Of a stretch of 64,000 nucleotides of DNA, positions 9,558-20,943 are shown piece after piece; position 1 is the first letter of the stretch, and every line of letters starts with the position of its first letter. The notes beneath the pieces are model-generated. The model saw only the letters and a program-made list of their open reading frames with translations. It was not told where the DNA came from and did no database searches. The DNA is from an uncultured delta proteobacterium (GTDB lineage: Bacteria > Myxococcota > B64-G9), in the NCBI GenBank assembly GCA_963754925.1, contig CAVWHX010000004.1, positions 928,001 to 992,000 on the forward strand, given 5' to 3'. A program made the position numbers and the translations under genes.

Positions 9558-10947
9558 GCGAGCCTTTCAAGTCTTTCAATGGTTGCAGCATAAAGGTATC
9601 TCGCACCAAACCGGCAAACGAGCGGTTCAGCAGGATCATCCCAACCAGGCTGGTGACGATGACCGAAAGGGTGAATCCCCAGCCGTAGTATTCCACACCG
9701 AGATCTTGGCTCAACCATGTTCCAACGGCGTTGGTAACCAACAGCAGAGAGGTCAGCACCAGGACAATATGGCGCTGGTCGAGGTAGAAAAAGTAGTTGA
9801 TTACCGTCATCAGCAAGACCTGTATGCTCACGCCCAGGGCATCGACATAAAACAACGGGACGTGAAGCTCAGATATGCCGAAGAACTCGAGAAGTCTGGG
9901 TGCGAAGACAATGCATAACGCCAGGGTCAAACCCTGGGTTTTGCAAATGTCGTAGATGCCGTGGCGCGCCGCATTGGTCATCCCATCTCTGAGGAACTCG
10001 AGCCGTTGCAGGGGAGCGCCGGTTCTGACGGCGTTGTAAAACTCGGCGTGGCGCTCGGCAAAATCGGTTTCGACGCGGACCAAAAAAACCGTCATGCCCG
10101 GCACAATGGCCAGATAGGCGATGAAGATAGGCAGATCGTACACTTCGGAAGAGCGCAAGGGGCCAACCACCGGCTGGCTCGTGAGCGGGTTCAGCCAGAA
10201 GAAAAGCTTGTCGGCCCAAATCGCAGCGTTGTATATCAGACCGATAAGGAGCAGATCCCAGTAAACCCGGCGACCGCGAAGGAAGTCCCACGATACCGGG
10301 ACGTTCCCCGGCTGCATGGCGGTCACCACCGATAGGCTGAAAAAAAGCAGCGTGGCCTGTCCGATGACAAAGCCAACCAGCAAGCCCACATCTCCCCAGG
10401 GTGCGAGGAGCAAGGTCGCCACAAACGTCAAGACGTAGCCGATGGCAAAGCTTAAAAACACCTGTCCGTGTTCCTTGAGTCCCGACAGGGTGACGATCAC
10501 GATCCAAATGTTGCACAGCGTGACAAAACCAGCGCCGAGCACCACGCGGTAGGCCAACGATTCGGCGGCAAACAGCGGGGACAGAACCAAAGCCAAAAGC
10601 GCAGCGACGACACTAGTCACGCTCATCGCACCAAAGAGGTTTGAGGTGATGGAAGCCGGTTGCTCATCGTAAATTCGATCGGCGATAAAGCGCGTGAAGA
10701 ACAGCTGCAGCGGGCCGCTCACCATGAGTGAAGCAGCAAACAGCCACGTGACCGAGGTTTGGAAGCGCCCGATCAGGGCAGGATTCGGCAGCAACCGCCA
10801 ACCCAGCACACCAATCAGAAGCAGCGTGAGGATGGAGATCAACCACGGTCCACTGCTAATCATAGCGGCGGTACCATAGAGCCGCATCATTTCACTGTAC
10901 GACTCACCTCGGTACAGTCTTCTCAGACTGAAACCTACGCCGGCCAT
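9532..10947 (-). CDS. pelG: Pel exopolysaccharide transporter PelG
   Basis: MAGVGFSLRRL, SSGPWLISI, TRFIADRIY, IWADKLFFW, YDLPIFIAYL, RVETDF; multi-TM. Confidence 0.95.
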   Translation of the reverse strand: MAGVGFSLRRLYRGESYSEMMRLYGTAAMISSGPWLISILTLLLIGVLGWRLLPNPALIGRFQTSVTWLFAASLMVSGPLQLFFTRFIADRIYDEQPASITSNLFGAMSVTSVVAALLALVLSPLFAAESLAYRVVLGAGFVTLCNIWIVIVTLSGLKEHGQVFLSFAIGYVLTFVATLLLAPWGDVGLLVGFVIGQATLLFFSLSVVTAMQPGNVPVSWDFLRGRRVYWDLLLIGLIYNAAIWADKLFFWLNPLTSQPVVGPLRSSEVYDLPIFIAYLAIVPGMTVFLVRVETDFAERHAEFYNAVRTGAPLQRLEFLRDGMTNAARHGIYDICKTQGLTLALCIVFAPRLLEFFGISELHVPLFYVDALGVSIQVLLMTVINYFFYLDQRHIVLVLTSLLLVTNAVGTWLSQDLGVEYYGWGFTLSVIVTSLVGMILLNRSFAGLVRDTFMLQPLKDLKGSHAHVVQHV

Positions 10948-12473
10948 GGCGCCTCCAACACCTCTCGGTAGATGGCTCGATACTTGTCGATCATGGCGGT
11001 CTGGGTATAGTAGCGCCGCACCCGTTCAAGGCCGGCCTTTTGACAGGCCGCCCAGACGTCCGGTTTTGTCAGAAGCTCTATGGCAGCGTGACTCAAGCCG
11101 TCGACGTCAGAGATCGGCACCACCCTACCCGCCGCGCCCAAGGCGCGATCCTCATCGGTCCGTCCGTCGATTTGTTCGCGGCAGGCGCCGACATTGGTCG
11201 TCACCGCCGGTAATCCGGAGGCAAAAGCCTCAAGAATCACCAAGGGTTGGGCTTCGCTTATCGAGGTCAACATCAAGAGACCCAGCTGGGGTAGGATTTC
11301 GGTAACATCGCGATGACCCAGAAAATGCAGGCAATTAGCGATGCCAAGGTTGCGGGCGAGGTCCTTGCACTCTTCTGCGTACGTCGGTTCTTCATCCTCG
11401 CTGCCAATCACCCAGCCTTCGACGTTTGGCAGCGTTCGATGCATCACCGCGATGGTCCTGACAAAGGTCTTGATGTCCTTGATAGACACCACTCTTCCAA
11501 TTAACCCCACCACCTGCGGAATGTGTTGAGGGCGCCGCATCAAAATCTTTTCGAAACGCTCAACATCGATGCCGTTGACTATGATGCGGGTACGGTCGGG
11601 GGATGCGCCGTCTTGGTGCTGACGCTTCTGACTTCCCGTGTACAAGGAAATGATCGGATTGGCCGAGCGATAGGTCAGCCAGCCGAGTTTTTCAAAGAAG
11701 CGCATCCACAGTCCCCGCAGTACGGTCGCGGTATCATCCTGATCCGGTACCACGCCCGAAGGCTCGTCATCCGACCAGTCAGCCTGGTTAAGATCGATTT
11801 TGCGCTCCTTGGTGTAGATGCCGTGTTCGGAAAGCACCAGTGGACGCTTGCGCTTTCGAACCAGGAAGACCCCGAGCAGGCCCGCATGGCCGGTCGAAAT
11901 CGAATGATACACCCGGGCCGGGGGTACATCGGCTGCGATGCGCGCCAACTTGAAGATCGGCCCGTGCATCGAGCGCAGGGTCCAAAAGTACTTGATAAAT
12001 GAAGTCTTGTAAGAGCTCTTGAGGTACACTTCACGTAGGTAGTCCCAGGTGCTGGACCCAAAGAGGAAATGCTTTATTTGCAGACCGTCTTTCTGTTCAA
12101 CTACATCAACCATTGAGTTGATCGAACGCTCAATTTCCTGTTGGCCAATGGATTGGTCCGAGGCCTTGCTCGCAAACGACAGCTGGTGATGGAACACACG
12201 GACCGGAACGAGTTTCTTCTCCGGAACTCGCAGCCGTTTCGGTCGCAATCCGTTGGTGCTTTCCTCGAGGTAGTGGTGTTCCAGATGAACGACGTTATCG
12301 GGCAGTTTATAGCAAATATCCGCGTAGTCCGCCTCGCGGCCGCCGATAAAAACCAGCGAGAATTTTAATTCCGGAATCCCGCTGATGATCTGGTGCACCC
12401 ATGACGAAACGCCACCCCGGACGTAGGGATAGGTCCCTTCAAGAATCATGCAGATGTCTGCGGCTGGCATCAT
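10935..12473 (-). CDS. pelF: GT4 glycosyltransferase PelF
   Basis: EGTYPYVRGGVSSWVHQII, HSISTGHAG, SEHGIYTKER, IKDIKTF, SISEAQPLVILE; start overlaps the pelE stop (ATGA). Confidence 0.95.
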   Translation of the reverse strand: MMPAADICMILEGTYPYVRGGVSSWVHQIISGIPELKFSLVFIGGREADYADICYKLPDNVVHLEHHYLEESTNGLRPKRLRVPEKKLVPVRVFHHQLSFASKASDQSIGQQEIERSINSMVDVVEQKDGLQIKHFLFGSSTWDYLREVYLKSSYKTSFIKYFWTLRSMHGPIFKLARIAADVPPARVYHSISTGHAGLLGVFLVRKRKRPLVLSEHGIYTKERKIDLNQADWSDDEPSGVVPDQDDTATVLRGLWMRFFEKLGWLTYRSANPIISLYTGSQKRQHQDGASPDRTRIIVNGIDVERFEKILMRRPQHIPQVVGLIGRVVSIKDIKTFVRTIAVMHRTLPNVEGWVIGSEDEEPTYAEECKDLARNLGIANCLHFLGHRDVTEILPQLGLLMLTSISEAQPLVILEAFASGLPAVTTNVGACREQIDGRTDEDRALGAAGRVVPISDVDGLSHAAIELLTKPDVWAACQKAGLERVRRYYTQTAMIDKYRAIYREVLEAPWPA

Positions 12474-13501
12474 TCTGCATTCTTCCTTTTCCAATAGGCG
12501 ACCACGGGCACCAATTGCGGCCGATAGAGTTGCGGGGCGGCGGCGCGGCTCAATTGTGCGGGAACATATTCGAACCAGCGCTTGATAAACGCCAACTCGG
12601 CAAACAGGGGCCCGCTGACCGAGCTGGCGACGCCCATCGACTCGGCAAAGCGCAACCACTCCCAGGCTGCCTCAAAAGCCCCCATGTGTATTTGTATGCG
12701 CGCCAGCAGTACCGCGGTCGCGCCATCAGAGGTGATTCGTATAGCCGCCAGGGCGTTTTCGGCAGCCGCCCGCAAGGTATTGGTTACCAGTTCCCTATCG
12801 GCGAAGCCGGAGTAAACCAGTTCCCAGTTGTCCTGGGCCAGGGCGCGCCGAATCTCTGCATACTCGCCCTTACTGAGTTGGATGGCTCCGGTATCGCACG
12901 CCTCGACCTGTTGCAAGGCCTTTTCAATGCGCTTTCGGATAGTCTGCTCGCGGCGTCCGAGCATCGCGTGAGCCAAGAGATGCACTTCCTCGCTCGGGTC
13001 CAAGAGCGCGCGGCGAAGGAGGGGGACCGCTCGTCTCGAATCCATCCGGCGGAGTGACATCACTGCGGTGACTCTCTGGTCTACATCCTCGGAGTTCTCG
13101 AGCACCCACTCCACCGGCATGGGGGAGGCCTGAACATCGGGTTCGAGAAATTCTTCTGGAACGCCGGGTATGTCTATCTCGATGACGCCGTCGGGCTGCT
13201 CTTGACGGATGTGAAGCCATGCCGGCAGCACACTGAGCAGCATCCCCAGGATGCCTGCACCCGGAAGACAGAGCACCAGTATGGCGGCCACCAGCGCTGC
13301 GCTCAGGCCGCATTCACGATCCTCACGAAGTCGCACATACCTCGTGCCCACGCCGCTCAACAACCCGGCGGCCAGATGGAGTGCGATAGAGAGATACTCG
13401 GCGCCATGGAAAAGAGCAAAGCCGGCGCCAAGCTCCGCCGCCAGCGCGCCCGCTATAACGCAGAGAGGAACAAACCGGTGGTTGAAAGAAAACAGTTTCA
13501 T
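12470..13501 (-). CDS. pelE: PelE-like membrane protein with HEAT/TPR region
   Basis: N-terminal TM helices, LLRRALLDPSEEVHLLAH, WELVYSG, AELAFI..YW; lies between pelD and pelF. Confidence 0.8.
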   Translation of the reverse strand: MKLFSFNHRFVPLCVIAGALAAELGAGFALFHGAEYLSIALHLAAGLLSGVGTRYVRLREDRECGLSAALVAAILVLCLPGAGILGMLLSVLPAWLHIRQEQPDGVIEIDIPGVPEEFLEPDVQASPMPVEWVLENSEDVDQRVTAVMSLRRMDSRRAVPLLRRALLDPSEEVHLLAHAMLGRREQTIRKRIEKALQQVEACDTGAIQLSKGEYAEIRRALAQDNWELVYSGFADRELVTNTLRAAAENALAAIRITSDGATAVLLARIQIHMGAFEAAWEWLRFAESMGVASSVSGPLFAELAFIKRWFEYVPAQLSRAAAPQLYRPQLVPVVAYWKRKNAE

Positions 13502-13507
13502 GATCTA

Positions 13508-14563
13508 TCAGACAACCGCTAAACGACGGATGTGCTCCGCATTGGTTGTTTGGATGTTTGACGACTGATATGGTTCCACGGGCTGCGCTGTGGCTGACGC
13601 CAACCTCGGGAGGGACGGTTCGACGGTATCCGCAAGCCTTCCCGCAAGGAGCGCGAGGTTTGCCAAATGCTCAGCGTGGAATGCCATAAAGGGCATATCG
13701 TGCACTGCGATCACCCCGATGCATCGTTTTGCCGAGGTCATCAACGGCACGGCGGCGAGAACATCGCGATTACCCAATATGCCCGGCGATTTCCCGGTAA
13801 TCGAAGCCAAGCGACCCGCGCTGAGCGCGCGCTGCACCAGAGGGTGCATGGCCACTGAAGGGTACTTCCGTCCGAGCACCGCGGTCGGCGTGGACGGGAG
13901 AGCCAACGGCGTCGGCGACAGATACAGGGAAGCACACTGGACCATCCCGTGATTGGCGAAGATATCCAGCAGAATTTCTCCAACCTCCGACAGGCTCGTC
14001 GTGCTCGGGAGGGAAATGCGCCGTTCGGCATCCTCGACAGCCGTCTGGAGAGACCACCGTTCAGCGGCGAGCCGCTCCTCGAGCTGCGTGTGGGATAGAT
14101 TAAGCACACAATAGGCGCGCTCAATGCGATCGAGTCGGGTGCCGCGTTCGTCATTGGATTTCGTAAGCTCGGTTATGCGGCTGTTCAATTTATCCCTCAA
14201 CCCGCCAGACGCAAGCCCCACGAGCAAGCAGCCAATCGCCCAGAAAGCAATCGTGCCCATGGGGGTAATACCAAACAACTGGGCGTTACCAACTGCGCCG
14301 GTAATCAACAAAGCAGCACTTATCACTGCCGGACTGAATCCGTGCTGAAGCCCGATAAACATTGGCACCAGTGCCAGCCATGGAAACTTGGCCATCACCA
14401 AAAAAGGATCGTTTGGCGCAAGCAACCATCCTAGAATCGGAGCACCCACTGAGAACACGATTGTTTCGATCCAGCGCACGAGCTTTCGACGTGCACTTCC
14501 GGTAGCTTTCAATGGCGATTGAAGGTGGACCGTGGTACCACTGGATTTAATATACATCTGCAT
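13508..14563 (-). CDS. pelD: PelD-like membrane protein (TM + coiled coil + GAF), lacking the GGDEF domain
   Basis: WIETIV, DPFLV..FPWLALVPMFIGLQHG, LNLSHTQLEERL, GAF ending VHDMPFMAF..EHL; ends at 351 aa. Confidence 0.8.
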   Translation of the reverse strand: MQMYIKSSGTTVHLQSPLKATGSARRKLVRWIETIVFSVGAPILGWLLAPNDPFLVMAKFPWLALVPMFIGLQHGFSPAVISAALLITGAVGNAQLFGITPMGTIAFWAIGCLLVGLASGGLRDKLNSRITELTKSNDERGTRLDRIERAYCVLNLSHTQLEERLAAERWSLQTAVEDAERRISLPSTTSLSEVGEILLDIFANHGMVQCASLYLSPTPLALPSTPTAVLGRKYPSVAMHPLVQRALSAGRLASITGKSPGILGNRDVLAAVPLMTSAKRCIGVIAVHDMPFMAFHAEHLANLALLAGRLADTVEPSLPRLASATAQPVEPYQSSNIQTTNAEHIRRLAVV

Positions 14564-15612
14564 CTAATACCTCAAAGGCAAAAAATCCGCTGAAACTGGG
14601 CCCATGGCCGCTGATGATCAGACAACCATTCGACTGCACCGAAGTTGTAGCTTGGTTTCAATTGGCTGGTCTCATGTAACATGAGATGCATATCTTTCTG
14701 CTCGCGGCACATGCTCATAAACTCATAAATTATAACTGCACTACCCTTTAGCGAAAAATGCCTTAGCATTTTTCAGGGTCATGATAGCGCGGCCCACAAT
14801 CATCACTATAAAAGTAACCAGCGCCGTATAGCACCCGATCCGGTGCATTTAGTATTTTCAGAATTGTTTAACCCTAAGAGAACACATTGCCCGCCAAGAC
14901 GAAAACTCTCAACTTTAGTTAAGCTGCGAGCAAAATTTTTTGTTTCACCGTACATTTATCCATTCACCGGAATTTAATACTTCGTCCCTATTTGAAAAAT
15001 GCTCTCGCATTTTTCAGGTCCAACTGGGCGCTGCATACAAAAATCTTTAAAATAGCCAGCGCCATACTACATCAAATTTGGCGCATCCAATAATTTTGAT
15101 GCTTACTTATAATAAGAGATAAGGAGTTTGTCAAGTGGAAACTGCTTTTTAAATATATAGCTATGCTACATTGGGGTCTTAATTATCACTTTGTCATACA
15201 TCTCGATATATTCTGCATCGTTTTGGTATACACTACAATACAGATATTGTATTGTGCATCGATGTACATATGCCAACCAAAAGCCTGTTCACCCATATTT
15301 TCGCAAGCTCAATTTTAAAGTTCGGTACGCTATCGTCCATCATCTCTTTTTGACTGATACTGTACAAATGCAGTCAGGGAATTTGATCGCACGTTAGTTC
15401 ATCTAGGTATGCAATGACCGGTTTTCCAGACGTGAAGTCGAGAATCGGGTTCTGACCCAGCCATTCCCACTGGCCTGCTTGCGTGAGAGAATTTTATAAC
15501 GTAGCTTCTTCCGGTGTCTGGGCCCGCAGATACGTCTCGCTTGCTAAAAACAGTAGCACGCCTGCAAAACTCATCAAGCCTCGACCACGCGCGAACAGGT
15601 TAATTTCCTTTC

Positions 15613-16638
15613 TCAAGGACATGTGTAGCCACTGCCGCCGCAGTTATTCTTGGTATTGTTAGAAATTATGGTTTTGGTAACAGAGGTAGTTCCATCCGCA
15701 AAGAGTCCGCCGCCAGAAGTACCGGCAGTATTATTGATGATGGTGCTGCCATTCAGTGATAAGGTTCCACTGGCTTTATTGTAGATACCACCGCCCTGTT
15801 CTACGGTTACGTTCCCGATTACCAGTGTGCCCTTCAGGCTCAAGATACCCACATTCCACAACCCGCCGCCTTCGCCGTATGCATTATTATTAGCGACGAC
15901 ACTTTCAACAAACTGCGCTGTGCCGCTAACCGTATTGGCGAACCCGCCACCACCAGGGCCATAATTGTTACTGATCGTACTGTATCGCACGACAAGGGTG
16001 CCGCCGTTTTGGATACCGCCACCATAACCGGGGGAGCTCGTGGTATTGTCACTGACGAAACTGCTGACTAACGTGAGACTGCCTTCATTATCGATTCCGC
16101 CTCCACCCAACTCCGCACCATTGTTGATGACAGTGCTGTTCTTCACCGTCATGTTGCCATTATTGTAAATGCCGCCACCTAACCTAGTGCCATTATTCGT
16201 CACGACGGCATTATTCAAGATAACTGTGCAACCATTATTCTCGACGCCGCCGCCGCCACTGAATTGTTGATACGGAAATCCACCCGTAATGGTTACATCG
16301 GTGATGGTGATTTGAAAACTACTCGTGCAATTGAGCTGGATCGTCGGCAGGTACGAGACTGCAGTAGGTGCGCCACGGTCAAGGACGGTAAAGTTTGCCT
16401 CGACGCCTTTCAGGGTTAGGTTCTTATCGGTAATGACTACCGAACCAATATAAACTCCCTCCATGACCCGTATGGTTGCTCCGTTTGGAGCAGCGGTGAC
16501 GGCGGCTTGGATGTTGGTATAGGAACATCCGCTACTACAGACGGTGATGGCTGCGCTTGCGTTTTGTGCGAAGGCGAGCCCGACGACTAACGCAACTGAG
16601 AACAAGTACTGGTAATGCCGGTGAGTTGAGCGGTTCAT
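15613..16638 (-). CDS. Secreted right-handed beta-helix (pectin lyase-like) repeat protein
   Basis: Signal peptide, VCSSGCSYTNIQAAV..A..G..I, and about 7 repeats of (T/V)NN...GGGIxNxG; SD GAGGAG. Confidence 0.8.
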   Translation of the reverse strand: MNRSTHRHYQYLFSVALVVGLAFAQNASAAITVCSSGCSYTNIQAAVTAAPNGATIRVMEGVYIGSVVITDKNLTLKGVEANFTVLDRGAPTAVSYLPTIQLNCTSSFQITITDVTITGGFPYQQFSGGGGVENNGCTVILNNAVVTNNGTRLGGGIYNNGNMTVKNSTVINNGAELGGGGIDNEGSLTLVSSFVSDNTTSSPGYGGGIQNGGTLVVRYSTISNNYGPGGGGFANTVSGTAQFVESVVANNNAYGEGGGLWNVGILSLKGTLVIGNVTVEQGGGIYNKASGTLSLNGSTIINNTAGTSGGGLFADGTTSVTKTIISNNTKNNCGGSGYTCP

Positions 16639-16956
16639 GATTCCTCCTCTAAAAATGTTAATGATTTAACTACTTCCCCCGTTGACCTTTCAACTGGAAC
16701 TCATGGATTACAACTGCACTCACCAACCTAAAAACTCTCGTTGGTATCAGCAGCCACTAAGATTTTTTTACATGGTCCATTCTTTATCTAAACGTGAAAC
16801 TTATGTCAAGAAAGACGACGCCGATCTTGCCATCTAATGCCGATTTTCGTAATAAAATCATGAATGTGTGTTTTTATCGCACACCAAAATTTCGCGGCCT
16901 GAGAATGCCTTAACCTGTATACATGAGGTTTATTATCTTCTGGATCTTTCAGTTAG

Positions 16957-17895
<939 letters not shown>

Positions 17896-17904
17896 CTTAC
17901 GACC

Positions 17905-18363
17905 ATGAGCGACAACCGCAAAAGTAAAGTGTATGCTATCGACCGAGGCACGGTCATCGATCATATTCCTACGCCGATGGCCATCAAGGTGGTGGAGATC
18001 CTCGGCGTTCAGCAACAAGGCATCCTGACGATAGGAATCAATTTTCCCAGCAACAAGCTCGGCCGCAAGGACATCGTCAAAGTCGAGCATCTCATACTTA
18101 CCGCAGAAACGACCGATCGGCTGGCCTTAGTAGCACCGACGGCAACGATCAACATTATCGACAACGGAAAGGTTGTGGAGAAGCGACCCATTCACATTCC
18201 CCGCGAGTTTTCTGGAATCTTGCGCTGCCCTAACCCCAACTGCATCACCAACGTCGAGCACGTAACCAGCCATTTCGTCCGCGAGGGCGAAGGCTCAGCA
18301 TTGGCGGTGCGTTGCTGCTATTGCGAGCGACGTTACAACAAGCCGAGCGGCCTGGTGCTGTAA
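17905..18363 (+). CDS. pyrI: Aspartate carbamoyltransferase regulatory subunit
   Basis: GTVIDHI, GRKDIVKVE, APTATINII, zinc sites CPNPNCI and CCYCE. Confidence 0.95.
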   Translation: MSDNRKSKVYAIDRGTVIDHIPTPMAIKVVEILGVQQQGILTIGINFPSNKLGRKDIVKVEHLILTAETTDRLALVAPTATINIIDNGKVVEKRPIHIPREFSGILRCPNPNCITNVEHVTSHFVREGEGSALAVRCCYCERRYNKPSGLVL

Positions 18364-18366
18364 GTA

Positions 18367-18852
18367 TTACTTGAGAATGATATCTTTTTTTGCGAGCACA
18401 ACCGGTTTGTTGTCGCTCGCGTAATAGACTTGCAAGACATGTGTCTTGCCGCGCGATTCGACGGAGTCAACGACGATTTTTGACGATAGTGTCGTCTGTC
18501 CCTTCGTCCCAGACACGTCGGCTAGCGCCACTGCTTCTTTTTTATCGTCCAGGACTACGACTCCCATGGATTCACCCGGCAAGGGATGAGAGAAAAACGC
18601 TACAAAGTAGATAACATACTTCCCCTCTTCATCGCGAGTAAACTGGTTTTGATCCTGCGCAGCCATCTTCTTAGGCAACGCTTTTGGCTTGTCGGGAACG
18701 TCGATTTCCTTAGAGCTGGTAATGATCTTACCCTTCAGGGCGGCGGGAACGACACCGGGAACCTCTTGAGCAAGAACCAAGGACGATAAAGACAGTATGC
18801 CAATCAGAATACCTACCCACCGAGACCCCTGGGTTTTCGAAGGCATCATCAT
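18367..18852 (-). CDS. Secreted hypothetical protein
   Basis: Signal peptide ending VLA-Q; SD GGAGG; no recognisable motif. Confidence 0.7.
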   Translation of the reverse strand: MMMPSKTQGSRWVGILIGILSLSSLVLAQEVPGVVPAALKGKIITSSKEIDVPDKPKALPKKMAAQDQNQFTRDEEGKYVIYFVAFFSHPLPGESMGVVVLDDKKEAVALADVSGTKGQTTLSSKIVVDSVESRGKTHVLQVYYASDNKPVVLAKKDIILK

Positions 18853-19051
18853 CCAACCTCCTGCACGGGTCCGCGTAAGCCGGACTTCACACCTGAATCA
18901 CAACGCGGCTACCTCTTTTATTAATGTTATCGTTTATCGTTGTTTTTGTCAAATGCGCCCTGCACAGGTTGCCGCAGGTACTCGGATGACTCCGCGAAAA
19001 ATCCGTTGACAGCGTAAAATCTTGAATGGTACGGGGTAAAAAAGCAGTTCC

Positions 19052-19603
19052 GTGATTGAATGGTTTATTTTGGAGAGAGTAAAATTCATCGCTGGTTTTG
19101 TTTTGGTAATCGCCGCCATTATCAACCTTTTTGGCGGAGCGCTCTACACCTTCACCGGCGAGAGCAATAAAGCCATAACCACGCCGGACAATGCTCCCGT
19201 GGATAGTTCAAAAGATGAGGCCGCCACACAACCTTCACTAACACCTGAAACTGCCCCTCACCGCACCGCCGGCGATGGCGCCATCAGTGAGTCAAACAAT
19301 TCTCCGGAGATCGCTTTCAAAGACAAGCTCTGGCTTGCGGTTGGCTTTTGGTTTGGGCTCTTTCTATTGGTTATGTTTGTGTCACAAATTATCGCGGCGG
19401 TTATGTTGTTGTTATCCCGATCGAGAAAATTTGTGATGTGGGTAGGCATTCTCAGCCTCCCAACCGAGATTATTGGCATCTACTTCTTTTCATTTAACCT
19501 ATTACGTAATGGCTTTGGTATCCTGGCCAGCATTCTTGCCATAGTGGGCGCAACCTTGATCAACGAGCCTCAGGACGCTTCGCCAGCGGCCAAAGCCCCG
19601 TGA
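19052..19603 (+). CDS. Hypothetical membrane protein (about 4 TM)
   Basis: Four hydrophobic segments with a polar loop; start uncertain. Confidence 0.65.
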   Translation: MIEWFILERVKFIAGFVLVIAAIINLFGGALYTFTGESNKAITTPDNAPVDSSKDEAATQPSLTPETAPHRTAGDGAISESNNSPEIAFKDKLWLAVGFWFGLFLLVMFVSQIIAAVMLLLSRSRKFVMWVGILSLPTEIIGIYFFSFNLLRNGFGILASILAIVGATLINEPQDASPAAKAP

Positions 19604-19610
19604 TTTTCTT

Positions 19611-20940
19611 TTGACTACGAGCCATCCTTCGGCGTCTCCTATCGCGCGCACCGTAAGCCGTCAAGCGGACACGGTTGTCGATATGGTGCGCTGGCTCGAA
19701 CGCGAGGTACGGCGTGGCTCCCCCTTGGACGTGCAACTGGCGCAGTACTTTCGCGCTCATTCTGAATACGGCGGCCGCGACCGACGCTTTTATTCCGAGA
19801 CCATGTTCTCATACTTCCGCTGGCGTGGCTGGCTCATCGAACAAGCTCACTGCGGCCCGGACGCGGCCTGTGCGTTAGCATACTTAATGGATGCACCGGA
19901 AACGCTGCCGGTGGTTGAAGAGCTGGCTCGACGTGGTGGTCTGGCTGGCAAACCATTGCGCCCGCTGGGGACAGTGACGCCGCAACAAAAGTCGGAGGCG
20001 GTCGCTGCATGGCTCAGCGCTGAAGGGAACTTTTCGCTTGAGGCGCTCGTCCCCCACTGGGTTATCAATGAGCTTGGTTTTCCCGGCGGCGGGAACCGAT
20101 CCCTCGAGCTTGGACGTTGCCTGGAGAGTTTTCAATCGCGTCCGCCCACGTGGTTGCGGGTGCGGAAACAGAGCATAAGGAATTTTTGCCAGGCTCTTGC
20201 CACTCTTAAATTAAACGTTAACACCGCATCAAAATCTCGGCCTCGCATTTGCCCTCACTGGTCCGCGCGACCTGGCGCCGCTACGCGCACGGGGAAGCGC
20301 ACTATTCGAGGTACAGGATCTTGCTTCTCAGGCCGTCGGCGTCGTCTGCGCCCCACAATCAGACCAACGCTGGTGGGATGCCTGTGCCGGAGCAGGTGGG
20401 AAGACCCTGCAGCTTGCCGATCTGGCCGAGGATCGCGCCGTGATCCTTGCAAGTGACCTACGTCATAGCGCGCTTTTGCAGCTACGGCGTCGGGCTCATC
20501 GCTGCCGCCTGCGTTCGATCACCACGCACGTCCTCGATGCAACGGCGGCCGACCTGACCGCGGAGACTTTTGACGGGGTGCTCGTCGATGCGCCCTGCAG
20601 CGGCATCGGCACCTGGTCAAGAAACCCCGACGCCCGTTGGCGGATTGATCAGACCGAGGTAGCTACCAAGGCCCGGTTGCAACAGAAGATTCTGTTGCAG
20701 GCGGCCCATTCCGTTCGACCGGGCGGTGTGTTGGTCTATGCGGTCTGTACGTTGACCCGCGCCGAGACCAGCAACGTGATTGCCCGCTTTTTGGAAACGC
20801 AACGTTCCTTTTATCTCGAACCTACCCGACACCCCATCACGGGCGTTGCTACCAATGGAGAGATCTGGTGCTGGCCCTGGGAGGGTCCGGCGGATGGGAT
20901 GTATATCGCCAGGATGCGTCGACGCACGCTGTCTCAGTAA
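19611..20940 (+). CDS. RsmB/NOP family RNA m5C methyltransferase, apparent +1 frameshift at ~20206-20221
   Basis: N-terminal GGRDRR. After removing one A the frame reads FEVQDLASQ...WDACAGAGGKT and continues into VLVDAPCSGIGTWSRNPD and LVYAVCTL. Confidence 0.85.
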
Positions 20941-20943
20941 TCA

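Noticed and set aside
4055..13568. Many long antisense or alternate-frame ORFs over the pel genes (and similarly across the window)
   Set aside because: Shadow ORFs expected in GC-rich coding DNA; no motifs, and they overlap well-supported genes.
14572..15397. Short ORFs 14572-14769 and 15191-15397 as pelC or other genes
   Set aside because: No lipobox, no recognisable motif, AT-rich, and far shorter than PelC.
14564..15612. c-di-GMP riboswitch upstream of pelD
   Set aside because: I could not find the GEMM-type conserved elements by eye; an Rfam scan is needed.
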